IMG/VR virus record: IMGVR_UViG_3300033120_000983
Location: 113-64,112 of that record
Source: a virus
Taxonomy: Duplodnaviria; Caudoviricetes
Reading direction: 5' to 3' (one strand)
Length of the DNA: 64,000 nt
Shown here: positions 1-8,996 of the stretch, one piece after another
Numbering within the stretch: the first letter of the stretch is position 1
How the letters are laid out: every line of letters begins with the position of its first letter
Position numbers and translations under genes: made by a program
Notes under the pieces: generated by a model
What the model saw: the letters and a program-made list of their open reading frames with translations, nothing else
Database searches by the model: none
Told to the model about the DNA's origin: nothing

Positions 1-1271
1 TCGTCCTTGATGGCGGCGGCGAGGTTCGTAATGCGTGCGGCGAGCTTTTCCACCAAAGCCTTTCCGGCGGCGGTGGTCACTTTGGGCAGCGGGATGGCTT
101 CGAGGGCGTGGGCATAGGCGATGACCTTCTCCCGATCCGGTGCGGCAGCGGCCTGCCGGGCAGCTTCGGCGGCGGCGGCGGTGCGCTGGGCCTCGGCCAT
201 CCGCTCGGCGGCTTCCCGTTCGGCGGCCTGCCGTTCGAGTTCTTGGGCCTTCCGGTTCGCTTCGTCGATGAGCTTCTGTTGCTCTGCGGCCTTGGCGGCG
301 GCTTCACGCTGCAATCGCTCCCGTTCGGCGCGGGCGGCCGCCTCGGCCTGCTGGCGCTCACGCTCAGCGGCATCCCTTTCAGCCTGCAAGGCGCGCTCCT
401 GCGCTTCCCGTTCCTCCTGCGCTTTCCGACGCTCGGCGGCGCGCTCGGCTTCAATACGGGCCGTTTCCGCCGCAACGCGCTTACGCTCCGCTTCCTGCTC
501 GGCACGCAGACGCTCGTTCTCCTTCCGGGCTTCCTCAGCTTCGGCGCGGATCCGGGCGGCTTCCGCCTCGCGCTCCTGCCGCTCCCGCTCAAGGCGTTGC
601 TCCTCCGCAATCCGGGCGTCCTCCCGTTCCTTCTCCTCGCGGGCAATCCGGGCCACCTTCAAACCGTGCAGGTCTTTCGCGTCCTCCAGCATCGCGAGCC
701 AGTCCTTTTCCTCCAAAGTCCCGAGATCAGCCATAGGCGACTGCCCGTCAGCAAGGAATGGCTTCAGTTCGATTAACCGGTTCACCCGCAGTTCACCTTG
801 GATGCGGGCGGTCTCGTGCTCCGCAAAGTCCTCGGCCAACTGCAGACGCTCTTCGCGCTCTTTGCACAGGGCAAGGAAATGATTCTTGAACGCATCGACT
901 TCCCGGCCGGCCTGAAGGTGGTAGGCTTTCAACTCGGTATGTTTTTTTTCCACGAACAAGCGCACCTGCCGGATATTCAGACGCGCAGCCCGGGCTGCCG
1001 ACATCAGGTCGGTTTGATCGATGCTCGTCACCTTGATGGCATCGGCCTGCGTCAAAAGTCCGGCCAGCTGCTTCTCAATATTCTCCCGGATGGCCGGGAG
1101 GTCGGCGCGCGGAACTCCTTCGATGGGCGGTCCTTCACCGGCGGCGACCGGCTCAAGGTCGGTGATGGTAATGGTGCCTTCGGTCGGGGCCTTGGCGGCG
1201 GTTTTCTTCGCTGGCTTCGTGGCGGAGGGGGATTTCTCCCATGGGAATTCTTCGGTGGGTGTAGTGCTCAT
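1..1271 (-). CDS. Coiled-coil-rich phage protein, 3' end beyond window
   Basis: Manual translation from ATG at 1271 (MSTTPTEEFPWEK...) is open to position 1; long E/R/A/Q/K heptad region; preceded by the recurring leader motif. Missing from the ORF track because it has no stop in the window. Confidence 0.75.
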   Translation of the reverse strand, partial: MSTTPTEEFPWEKSPSATKPAKKTAAKAPTEGTITITDLEPVAAGEGPPIEGVPRADLPAIRENIEKQLAGLLTQADAIKVTSIDQTDLMSAARAARLNIRQVRLFVEKKHTELKAYHLQAGREVDAFKNHFLALCKEREERLQLAEDFAEHETARIQGELRVNRLIELKPFLADGQSPMADLGTLEEKDWLAMLEDAKDLHGLKVARIAREEKEREDARIAEEQRLERERQEREAEAARIRAEAEEARKENERLRAEQEAERKRVAAETARIEAERAAERRKAQEEREAQERALQAERDAAERERQQAEAAARAERERLQREAAAKAAEQQKLIDEANRKAQELERQAAEREAAERMAEAQRTAAAAEAARQAAAAPDREKVIAYAHALEAIPLPKVTTAAGKALVEKLAARITNLAAAIKD

Positions 1272-1299
1272 GATTTGACGGTTTTGGTTGGTTTTGGGG

Positions 1300-2256
1300 T
1301 TAAAGAATCTCGACGGCCTCGGTCTGCTCATAGGCTGGCCACAATCCCCGGAGGGCGATGGCGTCAAGGTTTTGGCCTTCAAGACGGGCAACTTCGTGTT
1401 CCCGAACCGAGTTCAGGTATTGGGTCAGGCGACCCAGCTTGGCGGAAGGGTCCAGCCCAAGGCGCTGACGTGCCGCCTGCAACTTCGACCCTTCGTAAAG
1501 AGGATCCTTGGGTTTCAAATTCCGCATGTAGTAAATCCGGGAAGCATAGGGCTCGACGTTGGAAACGACCAGCCACTTCCATAAGGTGAACCGGTGCCCG
1601 GTCATCATTTCGTGGCTGTCCATGTAGAACGCGGCCGCCTCGATATACTTTAGCTTCCGGGCAGTGTATTCGAAGTCCGACAGGTCTTCCCTCGTCGTTT
1701 TGATATCTGTCACGAAGTCGCCGTAACTCCGGCCGGACATGGGCAGATAGTCAATCCTCCACTTCCTCCGGCACTTGTGAACATCGTCCCACATGATGGC
1801 CGTGGCTTCCTTCATCCCGTTTGGACTTTCCAGTGCCGCCAGCGCATCGGGGTTCGTTTCAATTCCCTCCCGGCGAATGCGCCAGGCCGTGGTCATGAGC
1901 TCCGCCGTCACCAGTAGCTTGCCGGGATTCTCCGCGCGCTTTTGCGCCGCTTGCACGGTGTCGAGTCCCTTGGTCGGGCAAAGGGCATAATGTTTTTCCC
2001 ACTCGTCCGGGGCGAACTTCCAAGGCTCCAAACAAACCGCATGGGTAAGAGTCCCGAGCACGAGAGCCGCTTTTTCGTCGGAGGCATCGGGGGGCTGCAT
2101 CCGATTAAAAAGCATCTTGGCACTGGTGGACTCCTTCAAAAGCCCTGCGGATACCGCCGGATGGGCATGGTATTCATTTTCCGGCATTTGGAAATACCCT
2201 TTAGGAATCTCTGGGCCGGGCTTGGTGATGTATCCAGAAAAGTCAGGGACGCTCAT
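1300..2256 (-). CDS. PD-(D/E)XK exonuclease, RecE/ExoVIII (DUF3799)-like
   Basis: EYHAHPAVSA, LGTLTHAVCLEP, RIDYL, DIKTT motifs; adjacent to the ERF annealing gene. Confidence 0.8.
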   Translation of the reverse strand: MSVPDFSGYITKPGPEIPKGYFQMPENEYHAHPAVSAGLLKESTSAKMLFNRMQPPDASDEKAALVLGTLTHAVCLEPWKFAPDEWEKHYALCPTKGLDTVQAAQKRAENPGKLLVTAELMTTAWRIRREGIETNPDALAALESPNGMKEATAIMWDDVHKCRRKWRIDYLPMSGRSYGDFVTDIKTTREDLSDFEYTARKLKYIEAAAFYMDSHEMMTGHRFTLWKWLVVSNVEPYASRIYYMRNLKPKDPLYEGSKLQAARQRLGLDPSAKLGRLTQYLNSVREHEVARLEGQNLDAIALRGLWPAYEQTEAVEIL

Positions 2257-3077
2257 GGCACCGCCTCCCCTCGTTTCTCGGCTTCGATTCGAAGCTGTGC
2301 GGATTTCGCGAAGGTGAAGAAGGCTCCGACCTGCGCGTTCGGCATATCGAACGGATCGGAGGGAAAGGCGCTGCCGGCGTCCTCGTAAACCATTCCGATC
2401 TCATCCATGATGCTGTTGGCGCTGTCCCAAAGGAATGCCGTCAGGGCCGCGCTCGCGTGGTGCGCCTTTTTCTGAATCAGCACGCGCTTTTCCTCTGTGC
2501 TCATTTCACCAAGCGGGATCGTGAATCCTTCCACGAGTTCTTGATCCCACTTACCCTTGATGAGGTCGGACCAGTGGGCGGCATATTGCGGGGCGGGGTC
2601 TTTTCCCGCACCAAGCGCTCCCGAAAGTTCCTCCGCGTCCTTTTCGTTCCCGGAAGGGATGCCCAGCGCGGCCATAAGGGATTGCCGCTTCGCGTAGCCC
2701 TGAGCCAGTCCTTGAGCTTGGCTCCAGTTAAGGGGGCGGTTCGGGGGTCTGACGATAAATTCACCCTCACACTCAATAAATTCCCCGGACTTGTGGATGA
2801 TTCGGGTGGTGACGGCGGAAACCAACGTGGCCATATCGCCTTCCCCGAGAAAACGGGTGATTCCTGGGAACTGCATATACCCCAATCCCTGCGCGGCTAG
2901 TTTAGGCTGGATCGAAAGTATCACGTCCGTGAGATCCGCATACATTGCTTTACGCTGCCCACTGGACAGGGCGGAGTTTTCGCGGGTGGCGACGGCCATG
3001 AGGCCCGCGGCTTGGGCGGCCACGATAGCGGCTTGGATTTCACCGACAGTGGCGGATGTGTTTACAGAATGGTTCAT
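2253..3077 (-). CDS. erf: ERF-family single-strand annealing protein
   Basis: YADL..VI..I.P.L...GL and QAQGLAQGYAKRQSLMAALGI..G.E.D ERF signature; start taken as MNHSV. Confidence 0.8.
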   Translation of the reverse strand: MNHSVNTSATVGEIQAAIVAAQAAGLMAVATRENSALSSGQRKAMYADLTDVILSIQPKLAAQGLGYMQFPGITRFLGEGDMATLVSAVTTRIIHKSGEFIECEGEFIVRPPNRPLNWSQAQGLAQGYAKRQSLMAALGIPSGNEKDAEELSGALGAGKDPAPQYAAHWSDLIKGKWDQELVEGFTIPLGEMSTEEKRVLIQKKAHHASAALTAFLWDSANSIMDEIGMVYEDAGSAFPSDPFDMPNAQVGAFFTFAKSAQLRIEAEKRGEAVP

Positions 3078-3078
3078 A

Positions 3079-3345
3079 TCAGGGGATGGTTGGGCGGCCA
3101 AAGGCCAAATTGACGATGTTCACGACCTGCACCAAGCGTTCGCGGGGGTCTTCGCAGATAAGCGCCTGCCGGCTGGGGGCAATGTCCGCGATGGCTTCGA
3201 GGGCGATGCGGTAAACGTCCTCCGCGGCGGGTTCGGGTAGTTGCGGGCGCACCCGGCGGGATTCCGTCATCTGGTCACCGGTCAGGGCGCGAACTGGCGC
3301 ATTTGAGGCTTGCGCGGATTCAGGGATGTGTTTTGATTGGTCCAT
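3079..3345 (-). CDS. Hypothetical protein
   Basis: Start reassigned to the ATG just downstream of leader motif 3360-3374; stop abuts the erf start. Confidence 0.55.
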   Translation of the reverse strand: MDQSKHIPESAQASNAPVRALTGDQMTESRRVRPQLPEPAAEDVYRIALEAIADIAPSRQALICEDPRERLVQVVNIVNLAFGRPTIP

Positions 3346-3392
3346 CGGATTCAATGCTTTTGACGGTTTTGGTTTCGATTGCCCGACCAGCT

Positions 3393-3560
3393 TCACGGCT
3401 GGTCGGGTTTTTCTTTGGCTTGGTCGCGCATTTCGCGCCAGTGGCGGCGGAGGTCGGCGCGGACTTCTTGGAGCAAAAGCCATAGACAGGCGGCTCCGGC
3501 GATGAGTAGGAAGCCAGTCAGGACAGAGTTGGCTCCGGCGATGGTTGAGAGGAGGAACAT
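3393..3560 (-). CDS. Small membrane protein
   Basis: MFLLSTIAG... with one hydrophobic helix; leader motif at 3567-3581. Confidence 0.55.
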   Translation of the reverse strand: MFLLSTIAGANSVLTGFLLIAGAACLWLLLQEVRADLRRHWREMRDQAKEKPDQP

Positions 3561-3666
3561 GGTGGTTTGACGGTTTTGGTTAAGGGAAAGGGTGCCGCGC
3601 CGCCGATCTTCGTGCATTGATGGGGTGCATGTGCAGAGAGGGGGTCCGCACGGCGCGACAAATTGT

Positions 3667-3882
3667 TTATGAGGCAGAAACCTCCTCGGTGCGGGTGGTT
3701 TTCTCGATGAGGAGAACCCCGGCCTTCACGCGGAGCACACCGTTGGACAGGATGGCATCCGATAGCTCCTTCAGCGGCATACCCTTTTGGGCCGCGAGGA
3801 CTTTCAACTCGGCGTGCAATGACGGGAGCACTTCAAGGAGGGGCCGCGAGGGCTTGAGTGGTTTGGATTTGGAACGTGCCAT
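3667..3882 (-). CDS. Small DNA-binding protein, ribbon-helix-helix-like
   Basis: LLEVLPSLHAELKVLAAQKGMPLKELSDAIL resembles the CopG/Arc RHH pattern. Confidence 0.5.
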   Translation of the reverse strand: MARSKSKPLKPSRPLLEVLPSLHAELKVLAAQKGMPLKELSDAILSNGVLRVKAGVLLIEKTTRTEEVSAS

Positions 3883-3888
3883 GGCGGT

Positions 3889-3916
3889 AAAGTAGAGGTA
3901 ATTAATTCCGGCGCAA
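3889..3916 (-). promoter_or_regulatory. Sigma70-like promoter, probably leaderless
   Basis: TTGCGC-N16-TACTTT-N6-ATG(3882). Confidence 0.5.
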
Positions 3917-3940
3917 CAACTTAATTCGATATTTATTTCA

Positions 3941-4303
3941 TCACATCAGCCGGTGCCGTTTCCGCGCTTTCGGCTCTGGATACTGCGCGACCAATGCCTT
4001 CTCGACCGCGGCCGCCTGCGTCCCCCATATCTTCGCCCCGCGCTCAAGGAACGGCATGGCAGCGTCCGACAGCCGCACCCCCACAAACTGACGGGCCGAC
4101 TTCCTCCGGAGCCCGCCAGCACGCCACAGCGCGACCAAGCGCCGCCCCTCGTGCGTGATCTCCAGCAAACCGCCATACGGCCGGACCGCCCATCCCCGCC
4201 GCACCATCGCGGCACCGGTCAGAAACTCTCGGTCGGTCATGATCTGCGGGCCGGCATCGATGCGGTCGAGGAGGGCCAGTTGCTCCGGGGTCGGCTTTCT
4301 CAT
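3941..4303 (-). CDS. Hypothetical protein
   Basis: MRKPTPEQL...; start overlaps the stop of the upstream ORF (ATGA). Confidence 0.6.
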   Translation of the reverse strand: MRKPTPEQLALLDRIDAGPQIMTDREFLTGAAMVRRGWAVRPYGGLLEITHEGRRLVALWRAGGLRRKSARQFVGVRLSDAAMPFLERGAKIWGTQAAAVEKALVAQYPEPKARKRHRLM

Positions 4304-4500
4304 TGTTTTTGATGTGCCAAGGGTTTCTCCGCCACCGGCCCACGGCACAACTCCCACACGAAAGCCGTCATCACCACAAACAGCACCGCCAGCCAGCCTG
4401 CTCCACGCCAGAACGATACATCGTCCCGCAGCGACAACACCACCAGCTTCAGCAGCAACAGCGCCAGCACCACGCCCAAAAAGAGGAGGGTCGGAGTCAT
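4300..4500 (-). CDS. Small 2-TM membrane protein
   Basis: Two hydrophobic segments; ATGA overlaps on both sides. Confidence 0.6.
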   Translation of the reverse strand: MTPTLLFLGVVLALLLLKLVVLSLRDDVSFWRGAGWLAVLFVVMTAFVWELCRGPVAEKPLAHQKQ

Positions 4501-4907
4501 GCGCGGATTCCCCCTTCCCGCTCAATGATCGCCGCAATCGCTGCGATTTCCCCCGTCGCACCCTGCCGCGTGCCCGCATGTTCGCACATGAACCAAGATT
4601 GGATCAAATTGTGGATGTCCTCCGCAGCACGCTGCGCCGGAAGCCTCCTTCTGAGATCGGGCTCTTGGCACCGCTGCCCATTAACCCAAAAGCTAGTCGC
4701 GCTCCCTTCGGCCATCCATGCCTCAAAGCAAGCAAAGGCCAGCCCTTCAACGCGCTCGCCTGTAGCGGAGGAGTGAACAAGCAACACGTCCCCGGCCGCG
4801 GGGAGCACAACATCGTTGCCGACCATATCCAGCAACAAGCGGTGCGTGCCCTCCCGGATGCCCTCAATGGTCGTTCGGCTGACAGTCACACAGTGGAATT
4901 TTCTCAT
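4497..4907 (-). CDS. Hypothetical protein
   Basis: Leader motif at 4912-4926; coupled overlap. Confidence 0.65.
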   Translation of the reverse strand: MRKFHCVTVSRTTIEGIREGTHRLLLDMVGNDVVLPAAGDVLLVHSSATGERVEGLAFACFEAWMAEGSATSFWVNGQRCQEPDLRRRLPAQRAAEDIHNLIQSWFMCEHAGTRQGATGEIAAIAAIIEREGGIRA

Positions 4908-4934
4908 AAATTTGACGGTTTGTGGTGGTGCGGC

Positions 4935-5273
4935 TTATTCGGAATCGTTGTCCAATCTCACGATAAGGCGTTTCTCTTGGGGAATGAGGTTCAGAATCTC
5001 CTCAAAGGACGGTGCTTCCTGCCCCCCAAGAAACTCGGCACAAATCCCCTCGTAATTCAGGCCGAATTCGTGAGTGAACACCGGCCGGCCAAGGCTCTTT
5101 TCGATGGCTTCATGAAATACCCCGAACGGACAGCACAGTTCAGCAGTGAATAGCTGGAACTCAGCAATTTCCCGATGGGACTTGGCCTTCCACCATTCGG
5201 TATCGTGAAGGGCGATGGCGGCTTCTTTCCCGATGCTTTGTTTTGGGCCTTTTTTGGTAGTGTCTGATTGCAT
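4935..5273 (-). CDS. Conserved phage hypothetical protein
   Basis: LCCPFGVFHEAIEKSLGRPVFTHEFG motif typical of small phage proteins; leader motif at 5276-5288. Confidence 0.7.
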   Translation of the reverse strand: MQSDTTKKGPKQSIGKEAAIALHDTEWWKAKSHREIAEFQLFTAELCCPFGVFHEAIEKSLGRPVFTHEFGLNYEGICAEFLGGQEAPSFEEILNLIPQEKRLIVRLDNDSE

Positions 5274-5345
5274 AATGACGGTTTGGTTATCGGCGCGGAT
5301 TGCACCTTGCCGGCCCGCAGATTCCCACGGGCCGGACAGGCGGAA

Positions 5346-5747
5346 TCAATCGTCGTCCTCGGTCACAGGAAACAACTCCGCCGCGATGAACTCCTCGAAG
5401 CTCCACACATACATCGGCCTATGCTTCCCATGCGGGTCATCCGCCAAGGCCGCTGGCCACTTCGTTACCGTCTGCGTCTTCACGTCCACCTCGTAAATGT
5501 CATACGAGTTATCGCATGGGTAGGTCGATACCCCGTAGCCGCTGAGTTCCCCGGCTTTGTGGCCGCACATGCTAGTGATGACATACCGGCCAAGGTATTG
5601 CTCGTCATCCCATCGCCCCTGTCCTTCCTTCATGGCCTGTTGGAGCTTCAAAGCCCAATCGTCCCCATCCCAATGGGAGTAAACCCAAATGCGGGCCGGG
5701 TGCTTTTCTTCGTTCTGCTTGATGATGATGTTTGCGCGCGATCCCAT
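5346..5747 (-). CDS. Conserved phage hypothetical protein
   Basis: MGSRANIII...VYSHWDG...YEVDV pattern; start at the internal ATG. Confidence 0.7.
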   Translation of the reverse strand: MGSRANIIIKQNEEKHPARIWVYSHWDGDDWALKLQQAMKEGQGRWDDEQYLGRYVITSMCGHKAGELSGYGVSTYPCDNSYDIYEVDVKTQTVTKWPAALADDPHGKHRPMYVWSFEEFIAAELFPVTEDDD

Positions 5748-5825
5748 GGTTTTGACTTCTGGTTTGTGGTTAACGAGGCAAAGCGCCCCTTGCCACCCTC
5801 CCACAGGAAGGGCGGGCAGGGAGGC

Positions 5826-6173
5826 TCAGGCCCTTGCTGCCTCCTGGGCTGCATCCAAAGCCTCAATAAGATGCCAGTGTTCCGGCCGAATCTCGATCCG
5901 CGGTGTCCCAAATGGATACCCTGCAGCATCCAACGCAGCCTTTGCATTGACCACCGCGGACACCCTCTCCGCCGCCCGGGCAATGTAATCCCACACCTTT
6001 TCGTGCTCCACTCCCCAAGCCCGCGCGTGGAACAGAATCCCCACCGTCGCCCCCATAAAAACCTCATGCGCCCGCCTCTCCTGCTCCAACAACGCCTGAA
6101 ACTCAGGTTCCAACAAACACGCCGCCACAGCCTCATTGTGGACAACATTCACAGGATCAGTAAAAAGATTCAT
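5826..6173 (-). CDS. Hypothetical protein
   Basis: Leader motif at 6180-6194. Confidence 0.65.
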   Translation of the reverse strand: MNLFTDPVNVVHNEAVAACLLEPEFQALLEQERRAHEVFMGATVGILFHARAWGVEHEKVWDYIARAAERVSAVVNAKAALDAAGYPFGTPRIEIRPEHWHLIEALDAAQEAARA

Positions 6174-6219
6174 AACATTTTGACGGTTTTGGTTGATGCC
6201 GGTTCACGCCGACGCCAAG

Positions 6220-6247
6220 CAAGTAACCCATCGTGACAAAAACGCAA
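6220..6247 (-). promoter_or_regulatory. Sigma70-like promoter for the leftward accessory operon
   Basis: TTGCGT-N16-TACTTG, same geometry as the 3889-3916 promoter, in the divergent intergenic gap. Confidence 0.45.
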
Positions 6248-6334
6248 ACACTTTTTGCAGGATGGAAAGAAAAAGATTGACCTCTGCTACGAGCTTGACG
6301 GGTCGCGCGTGCACCCGAAGATGCCAAAGCCCCG

Positions 6335-6802
6335 ATGCCTGCCCGTAAAAAGACCCCGAAAGCGCCCAGCAAGCCCTTCGTGCCGCCCCCCTCGACTTCC
6401 CTGCCCGTGGAGAAGCAGAAGGCGCAAATGCTGGAGCACGTCGAGTCCATCGCGAACGTCGGGCATGTCTCTGCCTCGGCAATAATCAGGATGCGGGAGC
6501 TAATTCCCCCGATGGATGCGGTGAAAGTCATCAGCGGCATGATGACGGCGACACGGTGGGTGGGGACCGGGAAAAACGTGATGGAAGTGCCGGACTGGCG
6601 CACGAGAGAAGCTGGAGCGCGGGTTTACCTGGCCTACACGGAGGGATTGCCGATCCAGCGCACGGAGACGATTACCAAGGTGGTCGAGAGCGAGGACCAG
6701 ACGATGGCGCGTGCGGAGAAGAGCCCGGCGACGCGGCGGCACATGCGGCGGGAGCTCGACCGGATGGACGCGGAGGCGGCGGGGGAGACGCCGGCAACCT
6801 GA
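6335..6802 (+). CDS. Possible terminase small subunit
   Basis: PDWRTREAGARVYLAYTEGLPIQR resembles the helix-turn-GxP motif of many small terminase subunits; size and position upstream of terL fit. Confidence 0.4.
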   Translation: MPARKKTPKAPSKPFVPPPSTSLPVEKQKAQMLEHVESIANVGHVSASAIIRMRELIPPMDAVKVISGMMTATRWVGTGKNVMEVPDWRTREAGARVYLAYTEGLPIQRTETITKVVESEDQTMARAEKSPATRRHMRRELDRMDAEAAGETPAT

Positions 6803-6897
6803 TACTAATTTGACAATTCCCCGTTTTTGCTCCGGGCTGAGAGATTCGTTTTGTATTATTTACCCGTAGGAGTTTACCGGCCAGGTCAGCAATCACG

Positions 6898-7083
6898 TTA
6901 GCAGCAACCTCCGTGTATCCTGATTTCATTCCCTCTCGGGAACATGCGGCGCCAGTCCAATTCCACCTGGCGCCGCCATTCCTGATAGCGGTCTGCCTCC
7001 TGCTTTGGAGTCAGGTAATTGGGTCGGCCTTGATGGACCGGTCTGTAAGTTTTGGCATTCACAGCGGATTGATAATTTGTCAC
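6898..7083 (-). CDS. Small hypothetical protein
   Basis: GTG start overlapping the TGA of the upstream HTH ORF (GTGA). Confidence 0.4.
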   Translation of the reverse strand: MTNYQSAVNAKTYRPVHQGRPNYLTPKQEADRYQEWRRQVELDWRRMFPRGNEIRIHGGCC

Positions 7084-7202
7084 GATTTGTGGATCCGGCG
7101 CTTCCGATGCCACCGCACCGAGTCGTATCCGACCCCGAGTTGCGCGGCCAGCGCGCTATTGCTCAAGCTCCAGTCCACCTTCGACCATTCGGCTTTCGTC
7201 AT
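7080..7202 (-). CDS. Small HTH-like protein (40 aa), possibly the C-terminal part of a frameshifted Zn-finger/HTH gene
   Basis: Manual translation MTKAEWSKVDWSLSNSALAAQLGVGYDSVRWHRKRRIHKS. Confidence 0.5.
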   Translation of the reverse strand: MTKAEWSKVDWSLSNSALAAQLGVGYDSVRWHRKRRIHKS

Positions 7203-7342
7203 GGGGTGAGGGTTGGCGGACTTGCTGCGCGCGATAGCGTTGCGTTTCTCCCGGCAGGCATCGCAGTGGATGTGCGCGCCCGCGGGCTTGCCACACCGGA
7301 GGCAGTTGCCTTGGGCGCGTTTGACGGTTCATAGGCCCGCAT

Positions 7343-7414
7343 CCTACACGGTTTGGACGCCGCGTCCAAAATTAAATTGCGTTTGGACGCCGCACCGTGT
7401 AGGCGTTGGACGCC
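7343..7414. repeat. Nested inverted/direct repeat array (operator- or recombination-site-like)
   Basis: CCTACACGG(7343)/CCGTGTAGG(7395) inverted; TTTGGACGC-C-GCGTCCAAA palindrome; TTGGACGCC at 7353, 7383, 7406; AT-rich core. Confidence 0.7.
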
Positions 7415-7448
7415 CGGTCGCCGGGTCAACCAAAACCGTCAAACCAAT

Positions 7449-8945
7449 ATGAAGAAGATTGAAATCCACCCATTGAACCGCATTGCGGAAAGGGAAGTTG
7501 GTCGAGCCGTTGCATTGGTCCGAAGTCAGTTGGACCGCGGATGCACGCCCGAAGTAATCAAATCAGGATCTCTCCTGGCTGGCTACAGGGTTGAGTTCGG
7601 TGAGGAAGAGGAATCATGCAAAGACCCGAACTGCGAATCCTGCGCGGCTGAAAAGAAGATCGAAGTCGAGACCACGCTCGCAGGCGGAAGCCCGGCTTAC
7701 GATGCCTTCAAGGCGCACGCGAAGCACGCGAAGCACGCCGAGTCCATCGAGGTTCTGAAGGGCTTGCAAGCCGCGTGCTCCGATCCGTCGTTCATGCGCT
7801 CGGCCATCGGGAGCGCGCTTTCGATTCTTGAAGCCGATGCCGCTGCCTTGAAGATCAGTGTTGAAACTTCGCCCGCAGGGAGCGGACTGTCGGAATTCGG
7901 ATTTTCGAAGTGTGAACGCTGCGAAAAGGTTTACTCCGCCAGGTCGGGTGAGTGCAGCAACTGCGCTACCGAAGCCACCCCGAAGGAACTGACGTTCCCG
8001 GAGGCCATGCAGGCGCTCCTCGACGGGAAGAAGGTGCGGATGATCGAATGGCGAAACACCCCCGCGTTTCTCGTTAACCACAAAGGGCTCGGGCCAGTCC
8101 GAGAGGACGGCATCTGCTTCGATGTTGGCAAACGTGAGCATTGGAACAACAAATGGGAGGTCGCCGAGGACGCGCCAGCCGCGGTGCCGGAGTCCGATGA
8201 AGACTGCTACCGTATTTTCAAAGACGGAAACCAATGGTGCGCCGTTCAGCCGGGATTCATCAACCTGCAGGAGTCGAATGCCGAGTTCGGCGATACTCCC
8301 GTGGCTGCGCTGACCGAACTTGCCCGGAAGCACCCTGACCGAAATCATTTTCCTTTGCCGGAGGCTGAGAAGGAAGCCAACGCGCTGCCGGTTCCGCCGC
8401 CGACCCATCTGTATCCAATTTCAGCCCGGCCCGGCTATGCCGATGCGCTCGAAGCCATTGAGACGGAGCGGCAGCACCAAGCGAAGAAATGGCCTGGACA
8501 CGAGCACTCTGTCGCCGAGTGGCTTCTCATCATCGAAAAACTGGTCACTGATGCCCGTCGCGCATGGGTAACAGGCAAGGGCGATGCTCAAGCCCTTGAT
8601 GAAATCCGGCAAATCACCGCAACCGGACTTGCCGCCATGGAGCAATGCGGCGCTCCACGACGGACCGATCCATCCAAGCTGACTGTCGGGGCATCGGAGT
8701 CCGAGAACCTAGTCGCTGCGGTTCCGGATGCAGTAAAGATGACCATCAACGAGGCGATGATTGCCCTGCGAGATGGAAAGAAAGTGCGGTGCGACCTTTG
8801 GGATCCGGGAACCTTCATCCACATCGCCGACCATGGCACGGAAACCCCATCGCTTCGAAACGAGAAAGGTCACAGGTTTAGTTCGGAGTTCACGCTCGAC
8901 ACTGTGACGGATTGGAATACCCGCGAGTGGTCCATCGTCGAGTAA
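7449..8945 (+). CDS. Multidomain protein with two Tad2/DUF2829-like domains, Zn ribbon, HicB-like and helical domains
   Basis: ELTFPEAMQALLDGKKVRMIEW...KWEVAE and MTINEAMIALRDGKKVRCDLW...TDWNTREWSIVE match the Tad2 N- and C-terminal motifs; start follows leader motif 7428-7442. Confidence 0.65.
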   Translation: MKKIEIHPLNRIAEREVGRAVALVRSQLDRGCTPEVIKSGSLLAGYRVEFGEEEESCKDPNCESCAAEKKIEVETTLAGGSPAYDAFKAHAKHAKHAESIEVLKGLQAACSDPSFMRSAIGSALSILEADAAALKISVETSPAGSGLSEFGFSKCERCEKVYSARSGECSNCATEATPKELTFPEAMQALLDGKKVRMIEWRNTPAFLVNHKGLGPVREDGICFDVGKREHWNNKWEVAEDAPAAVPESDEDCYRIFKDGNQWCAVQPGFINLQESNAEFGDTPVAALTELARKHPDRNHFPLPEAEKEANALPVPPPTHLYPISARPGYADALEAIETERQHQAKKWPGHEHSVAEWLLIIEKLVTDARRAWVTGKGDAQALDEIRQITATGLAAMEQCGAPRRTDPSKLTVGASESENLVAAVPDAVKMTINEAMIALRDGKKVRCDLWDPGTFIHIADHGTETPSLRNEKGHRFSSEFTLDTVTDWNTREWSIVE

Positions 8946-8996
8946 CCGACTTCCCCACCGAGCCGGGCGGTTTCCCGGCAACTATTCCCCAACATC

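Noticed and set aside
77-1589. Track ORFs 77-646, 108-776, 121-882, 798-1589
   Set aside because: Alternative frames or antisense of the real minus-strand coiled-coil gene (<1-1271) and the exonuclease.
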